Shown here in pieces: positions 47,072-57,678 of a stretch of 64,000 nucleotides of DNA (positions are counted from its first letter, which is position 1; each line of letters begins with the position of its first letter). The notes beneath the pieces were generated by a model that worked only from the letters and a program-made list of their open reading frames with translations, searched no databases and was not told where the DNA came from. This DNA is from Desulfomonilia bacterium (GTDB lineage Bacteria > Desulfobacterota > Desulfomonilia > UBA1062): positions 5,461-69,460 of the forward strand of contig JBNGDS010000002.1 of the NCBI GenBank assembly GCA_049975365.1. Direction: 5' to 3'. The translations under genes and the position numbers were made by a program.

Positions 47072-47102
47072 ACGGCGTCTATTGAACAGCGGAGGAAACG
47101 CT

Positions 47103-47756
47103 ATGGGATCAAAAGAAAAACTGAATCTGATGGTAAGTGAACGTTCACTGTCCAGGAAAAAGGTGAATCAGCTTCGACGGGACGGCATTATTCCGGGTGT
47201 TGTTCACGGCAAAGATTTCGAGTCCACCCCTGTCCAGGTGGATTCTAAATCCTTTGAGAAGGTCTATAAGAAGTCACATGGAACGTCCATCGTCACCCTG
47301 AAGATCGACGGGAAGACAGTACCTGTGCTTGTTCATTCCATCCAGAGAAACAAACTGAACAAGGACATCCTGCACATAGAGTTCTTGAAAATCGATCTTG
47401 CCAGAGATGTCACCGTGGAGGTACCCATTATATTCGAAGGCACGTGTCCTGCAGAAAAAGAGGGCAAGGGCAGGGTCAGCCATGAAGAGATGAGTATCCA
47501 CCTCAAGTGTACACCAGCACACATACCCTCGGAGATCGTCGTGGATGTGTCGGTTTTGAAGGAAAAGCACGATTCGATCCACGCATCAGACCTGAAGCTG
47601 CCCGAGGGGGTCAGTCTGGCTCACGGTGTGAGCGAGAACAAGGTGATAGCCACTGTCGTACCCTCGCGCTACATCGAGATGGAGGCCCCTGAGGCCGAAG
47701 AGGTCGAGGGAGAGGCTGCTCCCGAGGTTCAGGAAGCTCAACCCAAAGAGGAATGA
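47103..47756 (+). CDS. rplY: 50S ribosomal protein L25 / general stress protein Ctc (long form)
   Basis: MGSKEKLNLMVSERSLSRKKVNQLRRDGIIPGVVHGK..., with the C-terminal Ctc extension. GGAGG SD 7 nt upstream. Confidence 0.8.
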   Translation: MGSKEKLNLMVSERSLSRKKVNQLRRDGIIPGVVHGKDFESTPVQVDSKSFEKVYKKSHGTSIVTLKIDGKTVPVLVHSIQRNKLNKDILHIEFLKIDLARDVTVEVPIIFEGTCPAEKEGKGRVSHEEMSIHLKCTPAHIPSEIVVDVSVLKEKHDSIHASDLKLPEGVSLAHGVSENKVIATVVPSRYIEMEAPEAEEVEGEAAPEVQEAQPKEE

Positions 47757-47757
47757 T

Positions 47758-49200
47758 TCATCCCTTGATCATTGCTACGGGTTTCAGCCTCACCACTTTT
47801 TTCGCGATGCCTGCTCCCGTGATGGTGTCTACGACTTCGGATACATCTTTGTACGCTTCGGGGATCTCTTCCGCAAGAGTCGCGCGGGAAGCAGCCATGG
47901 CATGAATATCCCTTTTTCGCAGTTCCTCGATGATGGACCTCTTCCGTGTGATCTTCTTTGCCTGTCTTCGGGAAAGAAGCCTCCCGGCACCATGGCATGC
48001 ACTGAAGAACGTCTCTTCCGCACGATCTGAACCTGCAAGGATGTAGGACATCCTGCCCATGTCACCCGGAACGAGTATGGGTTGACCGGTGTGCATGAAT
48101 CGATCCGGCAGCCTCGGGTCGCCCGGCGGCAGGGCACGGGTTGCGCCTTTTCTGTGGATACAGACCTCCCGCACAGACCCTTCCCAGAACACCTTTTCTA
48201 TTTTCGCTATATTATGACAGCAGTCATAGAGCAGTTTCATACCCAGGGTTTCGAAGGATGCATCAAATACCTGTTCAAAAGACTGTCTGACGAGAGAGGT
48301 AATGATCTCCCGGTTGGCAAAGGCAAAATTTGCAGCAGCAGCCATGGCCTGGAGGTAGTCCCGTCCCTGACTGGACTTCACCGGTGCACAGGCAAGCTGC
48401 CTGTCGGGGAGTTCAATACCGTGGGCAGAGGAGGTCCTGAGCATCTCGTGCACATAGTCGTCACAGATCTGGTGGCCGAATCCCCGTGAACCGGTATGGA
48501 GAAGAATCAGGACCTGACCCTCGAAGAGCCCGAATCTCCCCGCAAGACTCGTGTCCTCGACAGCATCGACTACATCGAGTTCAAGGAAATGATTCCCTGA
48601 ACCCAGGGTCCCGAGCTGTGGAAGCCCTCTCTCGACAGCCTTCTTCGATACCACATCCGGGTTTGCACCTGCTATGCATCCACTGTCCTCATGGGCATCC
48701 AGATCATCTTCCGGGGCGTATCCCTTTTTGACGGCCCAGGAAGCACCTTTTTCGAGCACCTTGGAAAACTCCTTCGTACCGAGCTGAAAATTGCGGTTTA
48801 CGGCACCCACACCTGAGGGGATCGTGTTGAAGAGAAGTGCGAGGAGTTCGGGTATCTTCGGGGAGAGGTCTTCCCGTTTCAGCGTCGTCTCAATACATGA
48901 TATTCCGCAGTTGATATCATAGCCAACACCTCCGGGAGAGATCACCCCGTCCGTCGTGGAAAACGCCGCGACCCCGCCTATGGGGAATCCATACCCCCAG
49001 TGAATGTCTGGCATCGCCATTGACGGCCCGACTATTCCGGGAAGGCAGGCGACGTTGGCCACCTGCTGGAGGACATTATCCTGGTCCAGGGTTCGTTCGA
49101 TGACGCTGTTCGCATACACGAGCCCCTTTGTCCGCATGGGGGGTACCTTTTCAATCCTGATGCGATATGGATCAATGCGCCTGAGTGTGAGTCTCTCCAT
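47758..49200 (-). CDS. rtcB: RNA-splicing ligase RtcB
   Basis: 480 aa. RtcB metal/GTP-binding motifs (DIHWGYGFPIGG, GSGNHF, HNHAGR-like CHGAGR). Confidence 0.9.
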   Translation of the reverse strand: MERLTLRRIDPYRIRIEKVPPMRTKGLVYANSVIERTLDQDNVLQQVANVACLPGIVGPSMAMPDIHWGYGFPIGGVAAFSTTDGVISPGGVGYDINCGISCIETTLKREDLSPKIPELLALLFNTIPSGVGAVNRNFQLGTKEFSKVLEKGASWAVKKGYAPEDDLDAHEDSGCIAGANPDVVSKKAVERGLPQLGTLGSGNHFLELDVVDAVEDTSLAGRFGLFEGQVLILLHTGSRGFGHQICDDYVHEMLRTSSAHGIELPDRQLACAPVKSSQGRDYLQAMAAAANFAFANREIITSLVRQSFEQVFDASFETLGMKLLYDCCHNIAKIEKVFWEGSVREVCIHRKGATRALPPGDPRLPDRFMHTGQPILVPGDMGRMSYILAGSDRAEETFFSACHGAGRLLSRRQAKKITRKRSIIEELRKRDIHAMAASRATLAEEIPEAYKDVSEVVDTITGAGIAKKVVRLKPVAMIKG

Positions 49201-49212
49201 GGTACATACCCT

Positions 49213-49614
49213 CTAGGTATCAAGAATAATGGTTGCCTCGAGATGATTGTCAACATCCCGGATGTCGAGATTGTGATAGGTCACGGCCTTGATTTCTCTG
49301 GCGAGCTGGGTCTTGCTGAACATACCCGTGAGGGAGGCCGTCAGATCCGTCTCTCCCAGGGACGTGATCACGATCCGGGACACCCGGAAATCCTTGACCT
49401 CGATAACATACAGAATCTCCTGAAGCCATCTCACCAGGAGATCGATCCGATCAATCCCCTCCGAGGTGATCTCGACCTGCTCACGGTCATCATCGCTGGC
49501 TGCTTTCATGACATCCACGAGGGCATACCCCGCATCCCGGAAGAGTTCACGGATGTTCGATGCGCTGATCCTCACGCCGATATCGGCGGTATGATCAATG
49601 TATACGTAGGGCAT
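49213..49614 (-). CDS. Archease (RtcB activator)
   Basis: 133 aa. MPYVYIDHTADIGVRISASN...EIKAVTYHNLDI is the archease fold signature. GGAGG SD. Directly upstream of rtcB. Confidence 0.85.
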   Translation of the reverse strand: MPYVYIDHTADIGVRISASNIRELFRDAGYALVDVMKAASDDDREQVEITSEGIDRIDLLVRWLQEILYVIEVKDFRVSRIVITSLGETDLTASLTGMFSKTQLAREIKAVTYHNLDIRDVDNHLEATIILDT

Positions 49615-49744
49615 CCTCCCCCTCCTGCTGCTACAGTACCCTGACCGTCCTGCACGAAAAAGACAGATGTCATGGTCCCCGTGTGTCCGTATCCGCCCGA
49701 GAGGGGTGTAAAAAAGACGGGAACAGGAACCCGGGGCAGGCTGT

Positions 49745-50335
49745 TCAGATATGTCCGGATGATCTGAGCATCTCCCGCACAGCTATGAGAGCCTTTCGCC
49801 TGTGGCTCCTCGCGTTCTTCTCATCGGGGGTCATCTGCGCGAAGGTCTTTCCCGCAGATGGATCGTAGAACACGGGATCGTACCCGAACCCTTTATCCCC
49901 GAGGGGGTGGGCAAGGATCACTCCCTCGCACTGGCCTGAGGCCGTGAGGATGTGCTCGGGTGAAAACGCGACGGCGACCACACAGAAAAACCGTGCACTC
50001 CTGTTTTCCACACCCGCCAGATTCCTGAGCAGCAGATCCATGTTTTCCGCATCCGTGGCATTCTCTCCGGCGTAGCGTGCTGAAAAGACCCCGGGGCTCC
50101 CGCCCAGAGCATCAACACTCAAGCCTGAGTCATCTGCCAGGCACGGAACTCCTGTAGCCCTGTTCCAGGCTACGGCCTTCGTAGTTGCATTTTCGGCAAA
50201 AGTCGCACCATCTTCTGCCACGTCCACGGATACACCGACGTCTGCTGGGGTAATGAGCGATATCGTTCTGGAAGCAAGAATCTCCGAGATTTCCCGTATC
50301 TTGCCAGGATTCGTCGTGGCAATGAGCAGCTTCAT
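49745..50335 (-). CDS. rdgB: Non-canonical purine NTP pyrophosphatase (RdgB/Ham1)
   Basis: [16 protein letters not shown]...FGYDPVF. Confidence 0.85.
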   Translation of the reverse strand: MKLLIATTNPGKIREISEILASRTISLITPADVGVSVDVAEDGATFAENATTKAVAWNRATGVPCLADDSGLSVDALGGSPGVFSARYAGENATDAENMDLLLRNLAGVENRSARFFCVVAVAFSPEHILTASGQCEGVILAHPLGDKGFGYDPVFYDPSAGKTFAQMTPDEKNARSHRRKALIAVREMLRSSGHI

Positions 50336-51126
50336 TGATGCAGTGCCTGAAGCTGCTTCTCCATGAGTTGTCCAATGCCTTTCTTTGCGAGATCCATCAT
50401 GGTCATCAACTGCTGAAACGAAAAGGGAGACTTCTCGGCTGTGCCCTGGACCTCGATAATGCTGCCCCCCGTGGTCATGGCCACATTCATGTCGACATCG
50501 GCCCGTGAATCTTCCTCATAGTTGAGGTCGAGCATCAGTTCTCCGTCGATCATGCCAACCGAGATGGCGGCAACCTGTTCGTGGATAGGATTCCTGGCGA
50601 TCAGCTGTTGCTGGAGTAATGATTGAACGGCATCCGCAAGGGCGACATAGGCACCGGTGATGGACGCGGTACGGGTTCCTCCATCCGCCTGGATTACATC
50701 ACAGTCAATCCATATGGTCCTTTCTCCTAAATCCTGGAGGGAAGCCGCGGCCCTGAGACAGCGGCCAATGAGGCGTTGAATTTCCTGTGTTCTGCCTTTG
50801 GGCCTGCCACGGGAGACTTCACGGGTGGTTCTGACCGTGGTGGATGCCGGCAACATCCCATACTCCGCTGTGATCCACCCCATTCCGGAATTCTTGAGGT
50901 GCGGTGGGACCTTGTTCTCGATGTTGGCTGCACAGATAACCTTCGTATCACCGATTTCTATGAGACATGATCCGAGTGCATGCTTGCAGTACCCCATGGT
51001 GATCTCAACGTGACGGATTTCATCAGGGGTTCTGTGATCTGATCTGAGTACGAGCTTTGGTTTCGTGATGCCCTTGTTCTTCAACAGCTCTTCAATGGAC
51101 GCCATGTGTAACCCTTTCTGGCGCAA
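50332..51126 (-). CDS. rph: Ribonuclease PH
   Basis: 264 aa. [50 protein letters not shown]. Confidence 0.9.
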   Translation of the reverse strand: MRQKGLHMASIEELLKNKGITKPKLVLRSDHRTPDEIRHVEITMGYCKHALGSCLIEIGDTKVICAANIENKVPPHLKNSGMGWITAEYGMLPASTTVRTTREVSRGRPKGRTQEIQRLIGRCLRAAASLQDLGERTIWIDCDVIQADGGTRTASITGAYVALADAVQSLLQQQLIARNPIHEQVAAISVGMIDGELMLDLNYEEDSRADVDMNVAMTTGGSIIEVQGTAEKSPFSFQQLMTMMDLAKKGIGQLMEKQLQALHQ

Positions 51127-51237
51127 TTCTACGGGCTGTGAAGAGAGAAGTCAACTGCATTGCTCTAAAAATATCGGCGCTTGACACCCTCAGCATGTCT
51201 CAGGTAAACCCTCATTATTATCTGGAGGATACGCAGT

Positions 51238-52770
51238 GTGAATGTAGTCAGGGGTCTTGCCTTACTCGGTGTCGTCATCATCTTGACCGCTGCCTTGTTG
51301 CTCCCCCTGACGAGTGCTTCACCGCTGGCAGACAGTGAGGCCTGGATCTACCAGTCCATCAGGGAGCTGCAGGCATCTCCTGGCATCACACCAACCCTGA
51401 ACGGGCGAACCCTTGCCGGACAGAATCCGCTGCAGATCCTGTTTTTCTCCCTGCTCCCGTCCCAGGAGCTTTTCTGGTTCAGACTCCAGATCGTCGTTCT
51501 CGGCTGCATACTGGCAGGCATGGTGTTCCTGTTCGGCCTGCGTGTCTTCGATACAATGACTGCCCTCTTCTCGTCCCTCATCACCATCACGAGCCTCGGA
51601 TTCATCGACATGTATGGAGCGCTCAAGCCTCTGGCCATGCCGGAAACACTCTCTGTTCTCGCTGTCCTGATCTTTTCCCTTGCCTACATCGGAAAGGCGG
51701 GGAGCTGGTGGTATGTGATCGCCCATATCCTTGCAGGCATTGCCACCATCTCGGGGGGGTGGATCATTCTGGGCTTTTACATCGCATCCGTCATATTCCT
51801 GATCCTCCTGGACCTATCACCCGGGAAACTGCTGGGGATTCATCCCATCTCGGGCATTCTCATCATATCGGGAATCACAGCAGTCTTTCTTGCCGGGTAT
51901 CGCCTCGCAGCAGGTCCGAACATCCTCACGGGGATCCTGTCTCCCGGAGAAGAGACGGGATTTCCCGCCCGGATTGGAACAGTCTTCACATATCTCCTGC
52001 CATGGCTCCCCCTTTTGGTGCCTGCATGGATGTTCGCAGAGAAATCCGTGGACAAGGGAACCTGGCGTGATATGCTCCCCGTCAAGGTTGCGTTCGGAGT
52101 TGGGGTAGCGGCCGTTCTTTTCTCGGCGCGGTGCGAGCCTGCCTTCGCACTGCTCAGCATTCCGTTCTCCGGGCTGATCATCGGCTACTGGATAGCCCAT
52201 GGCCTCCCTGTTCAGCAGCCCGGGAAGATTACCCCGGCAGCTCTTGTGCTCACCGGCATCCTTCTCTTCGTCGGTGCTTTTGCGGCCGGAGTGTGGACCC
52301 TCATCAGGGCAGGGGGAGTCCATCTGAGCGATGCTGCCCTCGGGGGAGTGCTCATCGCACTGGGCCTCGCTTTTTTCATCACGGTTCTCACAACGAGGTA
52401 TCGGGCGGGGATTCTGATCGGGGTATGTGCCGCGTTCTTCCTGTGCTGGGGAACCCCGATGCTTCATGATCCGCTTCAGGTCTCAGCTAAAAAGGCGTAT
52501 ATGCACCAGATATCGACGAACGCCCCCCTGCTGGTGTATTCGGACGACCTCCCCATGAGGGGATACCTGGGACTCGAGGGCATCCGCCCCTTCATCATCG
52601 GGCGGGAAACAATTCCCCTGGGGGCGTCAAGCTTTCTTGCCATACGCACCCGGTCTCTCGAAGACGTGCTTGAAAATCTGGAACCCCGCATGAACACGAC
52701 CGTGGTGAGCAGCCTCCTCGGCGAAGCCACCTACGCCCTCATCAAACTCGATCCGAAGATCTCATTCTGA
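51238..52770 (+). CDS. Polytopic membrane protein, GT-C fold / glycosyltransferase family 39-83 (ArnT/PMT)-like
   Basis: 510 aa with about 12 predicted TM helices and short loops. Hydrophobic throughout. No cytoplasmic catalytic domain recognisable. Confidence 0.5.
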   Translation: MNVVRGLALLGVVIILTAALLLPLTSASPLADSEAWIYQSIRELQASPGITPTLNGRTLAGQNPLQILFFSLLPSQELFWFRLQIVVLGCILAGMVFLFGLRVFDTMTALFSSLITITSLGFIDMYGALKPLAMPETLSVLAVLIFSLAYIGKAGSWWYVIAHILAGIATISGGWIILGFYIASVIFLILLDLSPGKLLGIHPISGILIISGITAVFLAGYRLAAGPNILTGILSPGEETGFPARIGTVFTYLLPWLPLLVPAWMFAEKSVDKGTWRDMLPVKVAFGVGVAAVLFSARCEPAFALLSIPFSGLIIGYWIAHGLPVQQPGKITPAALVLTGILLFVGAFAAGVWTLIRAGGVHLSDAALGGVLIALGLAFFITVLTTRYRAGILIGVCAAFFLCWGTPMLHDPLQVSAKKAYMHQISTNAPLLVYSDDLPMRGYLGLEGIRPFIIGRETIPLGASSFLAIRTRSLEDVLENLEPRMNTTVVSSLLGEATYALIKLDPKISF

Positions 52771-54711
52771 AGACATCGTTCTCTGTGCCGAGAGTTTCTT
52801 TGAGAGAGCCTCGAGGAGATCTTCGAGCTTCTCTTTGAGGTCATCATCCTCCAGCAGGGGATAGAGACGTCCATAGATCTCTATGGCCTTGGAGATATTC
52901 CCCATGCTTGTATAGACCCCACCGAGATCCGTGAGCAGCTGCTGGTTGTTGCCCGCATATTCCTCGGCTTTGTTGAGGAAGGTTCTAGCCTGCACGAAAT
53001 CGCCCAGTTTCCAGGACATATATCCAAGCCGGTAGTAGCTGACCGCCTGATGAACAGGGCTTCCGAGCTTGTTGCTTCTCAAGAGTTCGAGGTAGACCTG
53101 GTAGGCCTGCTCATGGTCGCCTGCCCCCCAGTACGCGCTGGCGAGGCCCATTTCCGCCTTGGTCAGATCGGGTTTCAGTTTGAGAGCCTGCTGGTAATTG
53201 AAGATGGCATGATCATACTGCCCCATCATCATCTGTGCAAGGGCGAGATTGCTGATGGCAAGGTAGTCGTACGGGACCTCCTTTATGGCGGTAAGACAGA
53301 GCTTCTGCACCTCCTCATAGCGCCCCTGCTCGAGATAGATGGCTGACAGGTTGACATTCGCAGGGCTGGAGTTTGGATACTTTGCCAGGGTATCCTCCCA
53401 GAGCGTCTGTGCATTCTGCCAGATGTCGTTCTGTCTCACGGTCATGAATGCATACGCCAGAACAATCACGGAGAACAGCGCTATTGCGACGAGCATGGGG
53501 AATTCCCGTGAAAATCTGCTGTGCTCAAGCCTCCAGTGCCAGAGTCTGGCCAGAGGATACCCGAGAAACACACACCAGGAGAGCGACGGCAGCAATGCAT
53601 ACCTGTCCGCCATGGTCTGGGATATGGGGAAGAGATGGGAAACAGGCAGGAGGAAGATGTAGTACCATGCCACGAAAACCGCATAGAGGTAGTGCTTCTT
53701 CAAAAACGCTGCAATCGCGCTCACGATCAGGATGACGTTGAGTGCCACGAACACCCATGCCTGCCAGGAGATCGGATCTGCATGGAGCACTATGGGATAG
53801 TCTGCCGAAAAGTTGATGGTGAATCCGATGAGCGAGATGTAGGAGATGAATATCTGGGACACTGCAAGGAGGTTTGTCCAGAACGACCCCCCATGGTACG
53901 GCTTCACCCCTCCAATGGAGATCATCATGGTCAGAAGCCAGACAGTCATGGGAACGACAATGATGAGCATGGGGATGTAGATGAACGCCCTCCTCCTCCA
54001 GAACGTTGTGTCCTTCTGCCTGGCCTGGAGGGCAATGTCCAGCATCACCATCACGGCAGGAACTACCAGTGCAGTGGGCTTCGAGAGAACCGCAAGCAGA
54101 AGCAGGACAACACTGAGAAGGTAACACCATCCCTTCCCTGCCCTGGCCTTCATGAACGCCCACAGGCTCAAGAAGGTGAAAATGCCCAGCAACGGTTCTT
54201 TCCGGGCGTAGAGCCAGGCCACAGCCTCCACATGGACCGGGTGGACGGCAAAGATCACCGTGGACAGTCCTGCCCAGGTAAAAGACAGTGCCTCGTCATG
54301 CACGAACGCCCTGAAGAGCTCCAGAAGGAAAATCCAGCATGCAATCACCATCAGCAGGTAGAGAAGGATACTGTGCAGGTGCATCCCGAGAACAATGTGC
54401 TCTCCCCAGAGGGCGAAGTCTATCATGTAGGACAGGTCTCTGACGGGCTGAAACGTGGATCTCGTGCTCACGGAAAGCACGTCTGCGAGATTTTCGAGGC
54501 TCACTCCCTGAATGGCTTGTCTGCTGAACAGCGCTGGGTCATCCCAGTTCGTGGGGCTGTTGTCCAGGATATTGAAATAGATTCCGAAGACAAGTACACA
54601 GAGCAGAGCAACGAACATTCCATATGATGTGGATTTTCTCATACCTCTCTCCTCGGCTTTTCCACGGAAACGGCACTGAGTCATCGCCTTCCCGGTTCTG
54701 TCAGTCCCCAC
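52762..54711 (-). CDS. TPR-repeat membrane protein with N-terminal PMT/TMTC-like polytopic domain
   Basis: 649 aa. The N-terminal ~400 aa contain about 10 TM helices. The C-terminal ~230 aa form tandem TPRs (AIFNYQQALKLKPDL, AYQVYLELLRSN, ...). Confidence 0.6.
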   Translation of the reverse strand: MGTDRTGKAMTQCRFRGKAEERGMRKSTSYGMFVALLCVLVFGIYFNILDNSPTNWDDPALFSRQAIQGVSLENLADVLSVSTRSTFQPVRDLSYMIDFALWGEHIVLGMHLHSILLYLLMVIACWIFLLELFRAFVHDEALSFTWAGLSTVIFAVHPVHVEAVAWLYARKEPLLGIFTFLSLWAFMKARAGKGWCYLLSVVLLLLAVLSKPTALVVPAVMVMLDIALQARQKDTTFWRRRAFIYIPMLIIVVPMTVWLLTMMISIGGVKPYHGGSFWTNLLAVSQIFISYISLIGFTINFSADYPIVLHADPISWQAWVFVALNVILIVSAIAAFLKKHYLYAVFVAWYYIFLLPVSHLFPISQTMADRYALLPSLSWCVFLGYPLARLWHWRLEHSRFSREFPMLVAIALFSVIVLAYAFMTVRQNDIWQNAQTLWEDTLAKYPNSSPANVNLSAIYLEQGRYEEVQKLCLTAIKEVPYDYLAISNLALAQMMMGQYDHAIFNYQQALKLKPDLTKAEMGLASAYWGAGDHEQAYQVYLELLRSNKLGSPVHQAVSYYRLGYMSWKLGDFVQARTFLNKAEEYAGNNQQLLTDLGGVYTSMGNISKAIEIYGRLYPLLEDDDLKEKLEDLLEALSKKLSAQRTMSSE

Positions 54712-54933
54712 ATGCCCAAGCGTTCAGAGCTTGAGTGAGAATACCATTGAATGTATACTGCCACAACCAGCGAATCGATCTCTGCCAAAGGCTCATTCTT
54801 CCGGCAACCTTCAGGCCCTCGTGCAGATCCCATGATTTCACCTTTCGGACGTATGGTTTCTGGGCATGAGCTCCTCTGTACAAGTGTCAACCCGGCTGAT
54901 ATAGTGAGGTTCATCACTGAACAAGGGGCATGT

Positions 54934-56088
54934 ATGACAGTTTCGAGAAAAATGACAGGATATCTGAAAAGTGCTTCGTGGATCCGAAAAATGTTCGAGG
55001 AAGGGACCTACCTGAAATCCATTCATGGAAGCGAGAATGTGTTTGACTTCAGCCTGGGGAATCCTGATCTCTCACCTCCCAGTGAGGTCCTCGATACCAT
55101 GGCCTCGCTGTGCAGGAGCATGCAGCATGGGTATATGCCGAATGCAGGCTATCCCGACGTGAGGAAGACCATAGCATCCCACGCATCGTCTCTTCATGGT
55201 GTCGATTTTTCCGGTGACGACATCGTCATGTCCTGCGGTGCGGGAGGAGGACTCAATGTTGTCCTGAAATCAATCCTGGATCCAGGGGATGAGGTGATCG
55301 TCCTGTCTCCATATTTCGTCGAGTATGGCTTCTACGTGGAAAATCATGGTGGAATCCTTGTGGATGCCCCCTGTGACGAACATTTTCTCCCCTCGCCCGA
55401 GACGATCTCGAGAGCGATTACTCATCGAACCAAGGCCGTCATTCTGAATACGCCGAACAATCCCTCCGGGAGGGTGTATCCCGAGGAGATCCTCCGGGAA
55501 ATGGGCGATCTGCTGAAGCGGCACCCGTCAATTCTCGTGATCTCAGATGAACCCTACAGGGCGATTGTGTATGATGACATTGCCGTTCCGTCCATACCGG
55601 CCATCTTCCCGAACTCCGTCGTGATCACGTCCGCATCAAAGGAACTCTCCCTGGCAGGAGAGCGGATTGGATACATAGCAGTGAGCCCCCTGGCTGATGA
55701 CAGGGATGCGCTCCTAGGGTCCCTGATCCTTGCCACCCGAATCCTCGGATTCGTGAATGCTCCGGCCCTGATGCAACGGGTCTTTGCCCAGTGCATCAGC
55801 AGCAATGTCGATGTGTCCGTCTATCAGAGGCGAAGGGATCTCTTCATGTCCATCCTGGATGATGCAGGGCTCACCTATGCACAGCCCGAGGGAACATTTT
55901 ACCTGTTCGTCCGTTCCCCTATCGAAGACGATGTTGCCTTCTGCAGTGCACTTCTGCAGGAAAAGATCCTCGCGGTACCTGGAAAGGGTTTTGGTCGCGG
56001 GGGCTATGTCCGGTTTGCCTACTGTGTTGAGGAAGCAGTGATCAGAGGCGCTGCCCCCGGCATCAAAAAGGTGGTTGCAAACCTATAG
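54934..56088 (+). CDS. Pyridoxal-phosphate-dependent aminotransferase, class I/II
   Basis: FSLGNPDL..., NTPNNPSGRVY, SASKELSLAGERIGY with the PLP lysine. The longest ORF starts at 54751; the start chosen at 54934 gives 384 aa. Confidence 0.75.
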   Translation: MTVSRKMTGYLKSASWIRKMFEEGTYLKSIHGSENVFDFSLGNPDLSPPSEVLDTMASLCRSMQHGYMPNAGYPDVRKTIASHASSLHGVDFSGDDIVMSCGAGGGLNVVLKSILDPGDEVIVLSPYFVEYGFYVENHGGILVDAPCDEHFLPSPETISRAITHRTKAVILNTPNNPSGRVYPEEILREMGDLLKRHPSILVISDEPYRAIVYDDIAVPSIPAIFPNSVVITSASKELSLAGERIGYIAVSPLADDRDALLGSLILATRILGFVNAPALMQRVFAQCISSNVDVSVYQRRRDLFMSILDDAGLTYAQPEGTFYLFVRSPIEDDVAFCSALLQEKILAVPGKGFGRGGYVRFAYCVEEAVIRGAAPGIKKVVANL

Positions 56089-56109
56089 AACTCCGGCTGA
56101 TGCTCATGC

Positions 56110-56544
56110 TCAGAATGGGATGTCATCAAATTCCTGAGAGCCGCCCACTCCGTCATTGGGTCCGAATTCAGGGCCTTCCTGGACTTCTTCACCTCCCCTG
56201 TCAGCGGAGTCCATGGCGGTGAGAATCTGCATCTGGTTTGCGATGATCTCGGTGGTATACCGCTTGTTGCCGTCTCTGTCATCCCACTGTCTGGTTTGGA
56301 GCCGTCCTTCGACGTAGACCAGTTTTCCTTTTGAAAGCAGCTTCGCGCATGTCTCGGCAAGTTTCCCCCAGGTCACTATCCTGTGCCACTCTGTCCGTTC
56401 CTGCCGCTCTCCGTTTTGATCCGTCCACACCTCGTTGGTAGCCAGAGTGAAATTTGTTACCGCCCTGCCGTTCGGTGTAAATCTCATTTCCGGGTCTCTC
56501 CCCAGCCGTCCGATGAGAAAAACCTTATTTACGGAACCTGCCAT
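56110..56544 (-). CDS. ssb: Single-stranded DNA-binding protein
   Basis: [35 protein letters not shown]...W...RIVTWGK, an OB fold, with Gly-rich tail ending DDIPF. Confidence 0.85.
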   Translation of the reverse strand: MAGSVNKVFLIGRLGRDPEMRFTPNGRAVTNFTLATNEVWTDQNGERQERTEWHRIVTWGKLAETCAKLLSKGKLVYVEGRLQTRQWDDRDGNKRYTTEIIANQMQILTAMDSADRGGEEVQEGPEFGPNDGVGGSQEFDDIPF

Positions 56545-56826
56545 AGCACCCTCCTCCCTTTCCATGAGACCTACCCTGCTTTGAGATACCAAGTCAAGCA
56601 TCCAGATCTCTTTTTCGTGGTCTCCCCTCCCAGGGACACGACCGGAAGAGGGAACCGTAACGGGACAGTGTGCCTGTTCACCTCAAGAGAAGGAGAATAC
56701 GAGGTGTACGATACGGGGATACTTGCTTGACACCTTCATACCCCTACGGTACATCTGCTACAGAAAAAGCTCTGCTCAAGGCGAGATGATGCGACCAATC
56801 GTTGGGGGCATCGCTTAGAGAATACA

Positions 56827-57678
56827 TTGGAGACGATGAGTCAACACGTGGTACAAAGGAAGGCAATGCAGGCTGTACAGGTAGCAACAGTATCCATTGG
56901 CAGGGGGGATCTCGTGCTGATTGCCGGCCCGTGCGTGATCGAATCACGGGACCACGCGAGATTCCTGGCAGAAACACTGCAGGAGATCTCTGCACGCGCA
57001 GGGGTCCCCTTTATCTTCAAGGCGTCGTTCGACAAGGCGAACCGCTCCTCCATCGATTCGTACCGTGGCCCCGGCCTGGAAAAAGGACTGGAGATCCTCT
57101 CCGGCATCAGGCAGGAATTCGGCCTGCCCGTCACCTCGGATATCCACGATCCCGAACAGGCCCGGCCGGCATCACAGGCCCTGGATCTCATTCAGATACC
57201 CGCTTTCCTGTGCAGGCAGACTGACATGCTTCTGGCTGCCGGGAAGACCGGCCTGCCAGTCAATATCAAGAAAGGGCAGTTCATGGCGCCATGGGACATG
57301 GCAAACGTGATCAAGAAAATCGAAAGCACGGGGAACCATGGGATCATCGTCACCGAGCGGGGGACCTCCTTCGGATACAACAATCTCGTATGCGACATGA
57401 GAAGCCTGGGAGTCATGCGATCCATGGGCAGGCCTGTCGTTCTCGATGTGACCCACAGTCTTCAACTCCCCGGCGGGAAGGGATCATCTTCCGATGGGAA
57501 TCGGGAATTCATTGCCCCACTCGCCCGGGCAGGCGTGGCATTCGGTGTGGATGCACTGTTCATGGAAGTTCACGACAACCCAGATGACGCATTGAGCGAT
57601 GGGCCGAACTCCTTTCCCCTCAAGGATCTGGAGACACTCCTCGTTCAGCTGAAAGAAATCCATTCGGTGGTCCCATGA
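56827..57678 (+). CDS. kdsA: 3-deoxy-8-phosphooctulonate synthase (KDO8P synthase)
   Basis: LIAGPCVIESRDHA, FKASFDKANRSS, PAFLCRQTD. The start may be at 56866. Confidence 0.85.
   Translation: METMSQHVVQRKAMQAVQVATVSIGRGDLVLIAGPCVIESRDHARFLAETLQEISARAGVPFIFKASFDKANRSSIDSYRGPGLEKGLEILSGIRQEFGLPVTSDIHDPEQARPASQALDLIQIPAFLCRQTDMLLAAGKTGLPVNIKKGQFMAPWDMANVIKKIESTGNHGIIVTERGTSFGYNNLVCDMRSLGVMRSMGRPVVLDVTHSLQLPGGKGSSSDGNREFIAPLARAGVAFGVDALFMEVHDNPDDALSDGPNSFPLKDLETLLVQLKEIHSVVP

Noticed and set aside
53521-54627. 368-aa plus-strand ORF antisense to the TPR/PMT-like membrane gene
   Set aside because: It has a His/Arg/Gly/Pro-rich, low-complexity translation and is fully embedded in the opposite-strand gene, which has a clear TM+TPR architecture.
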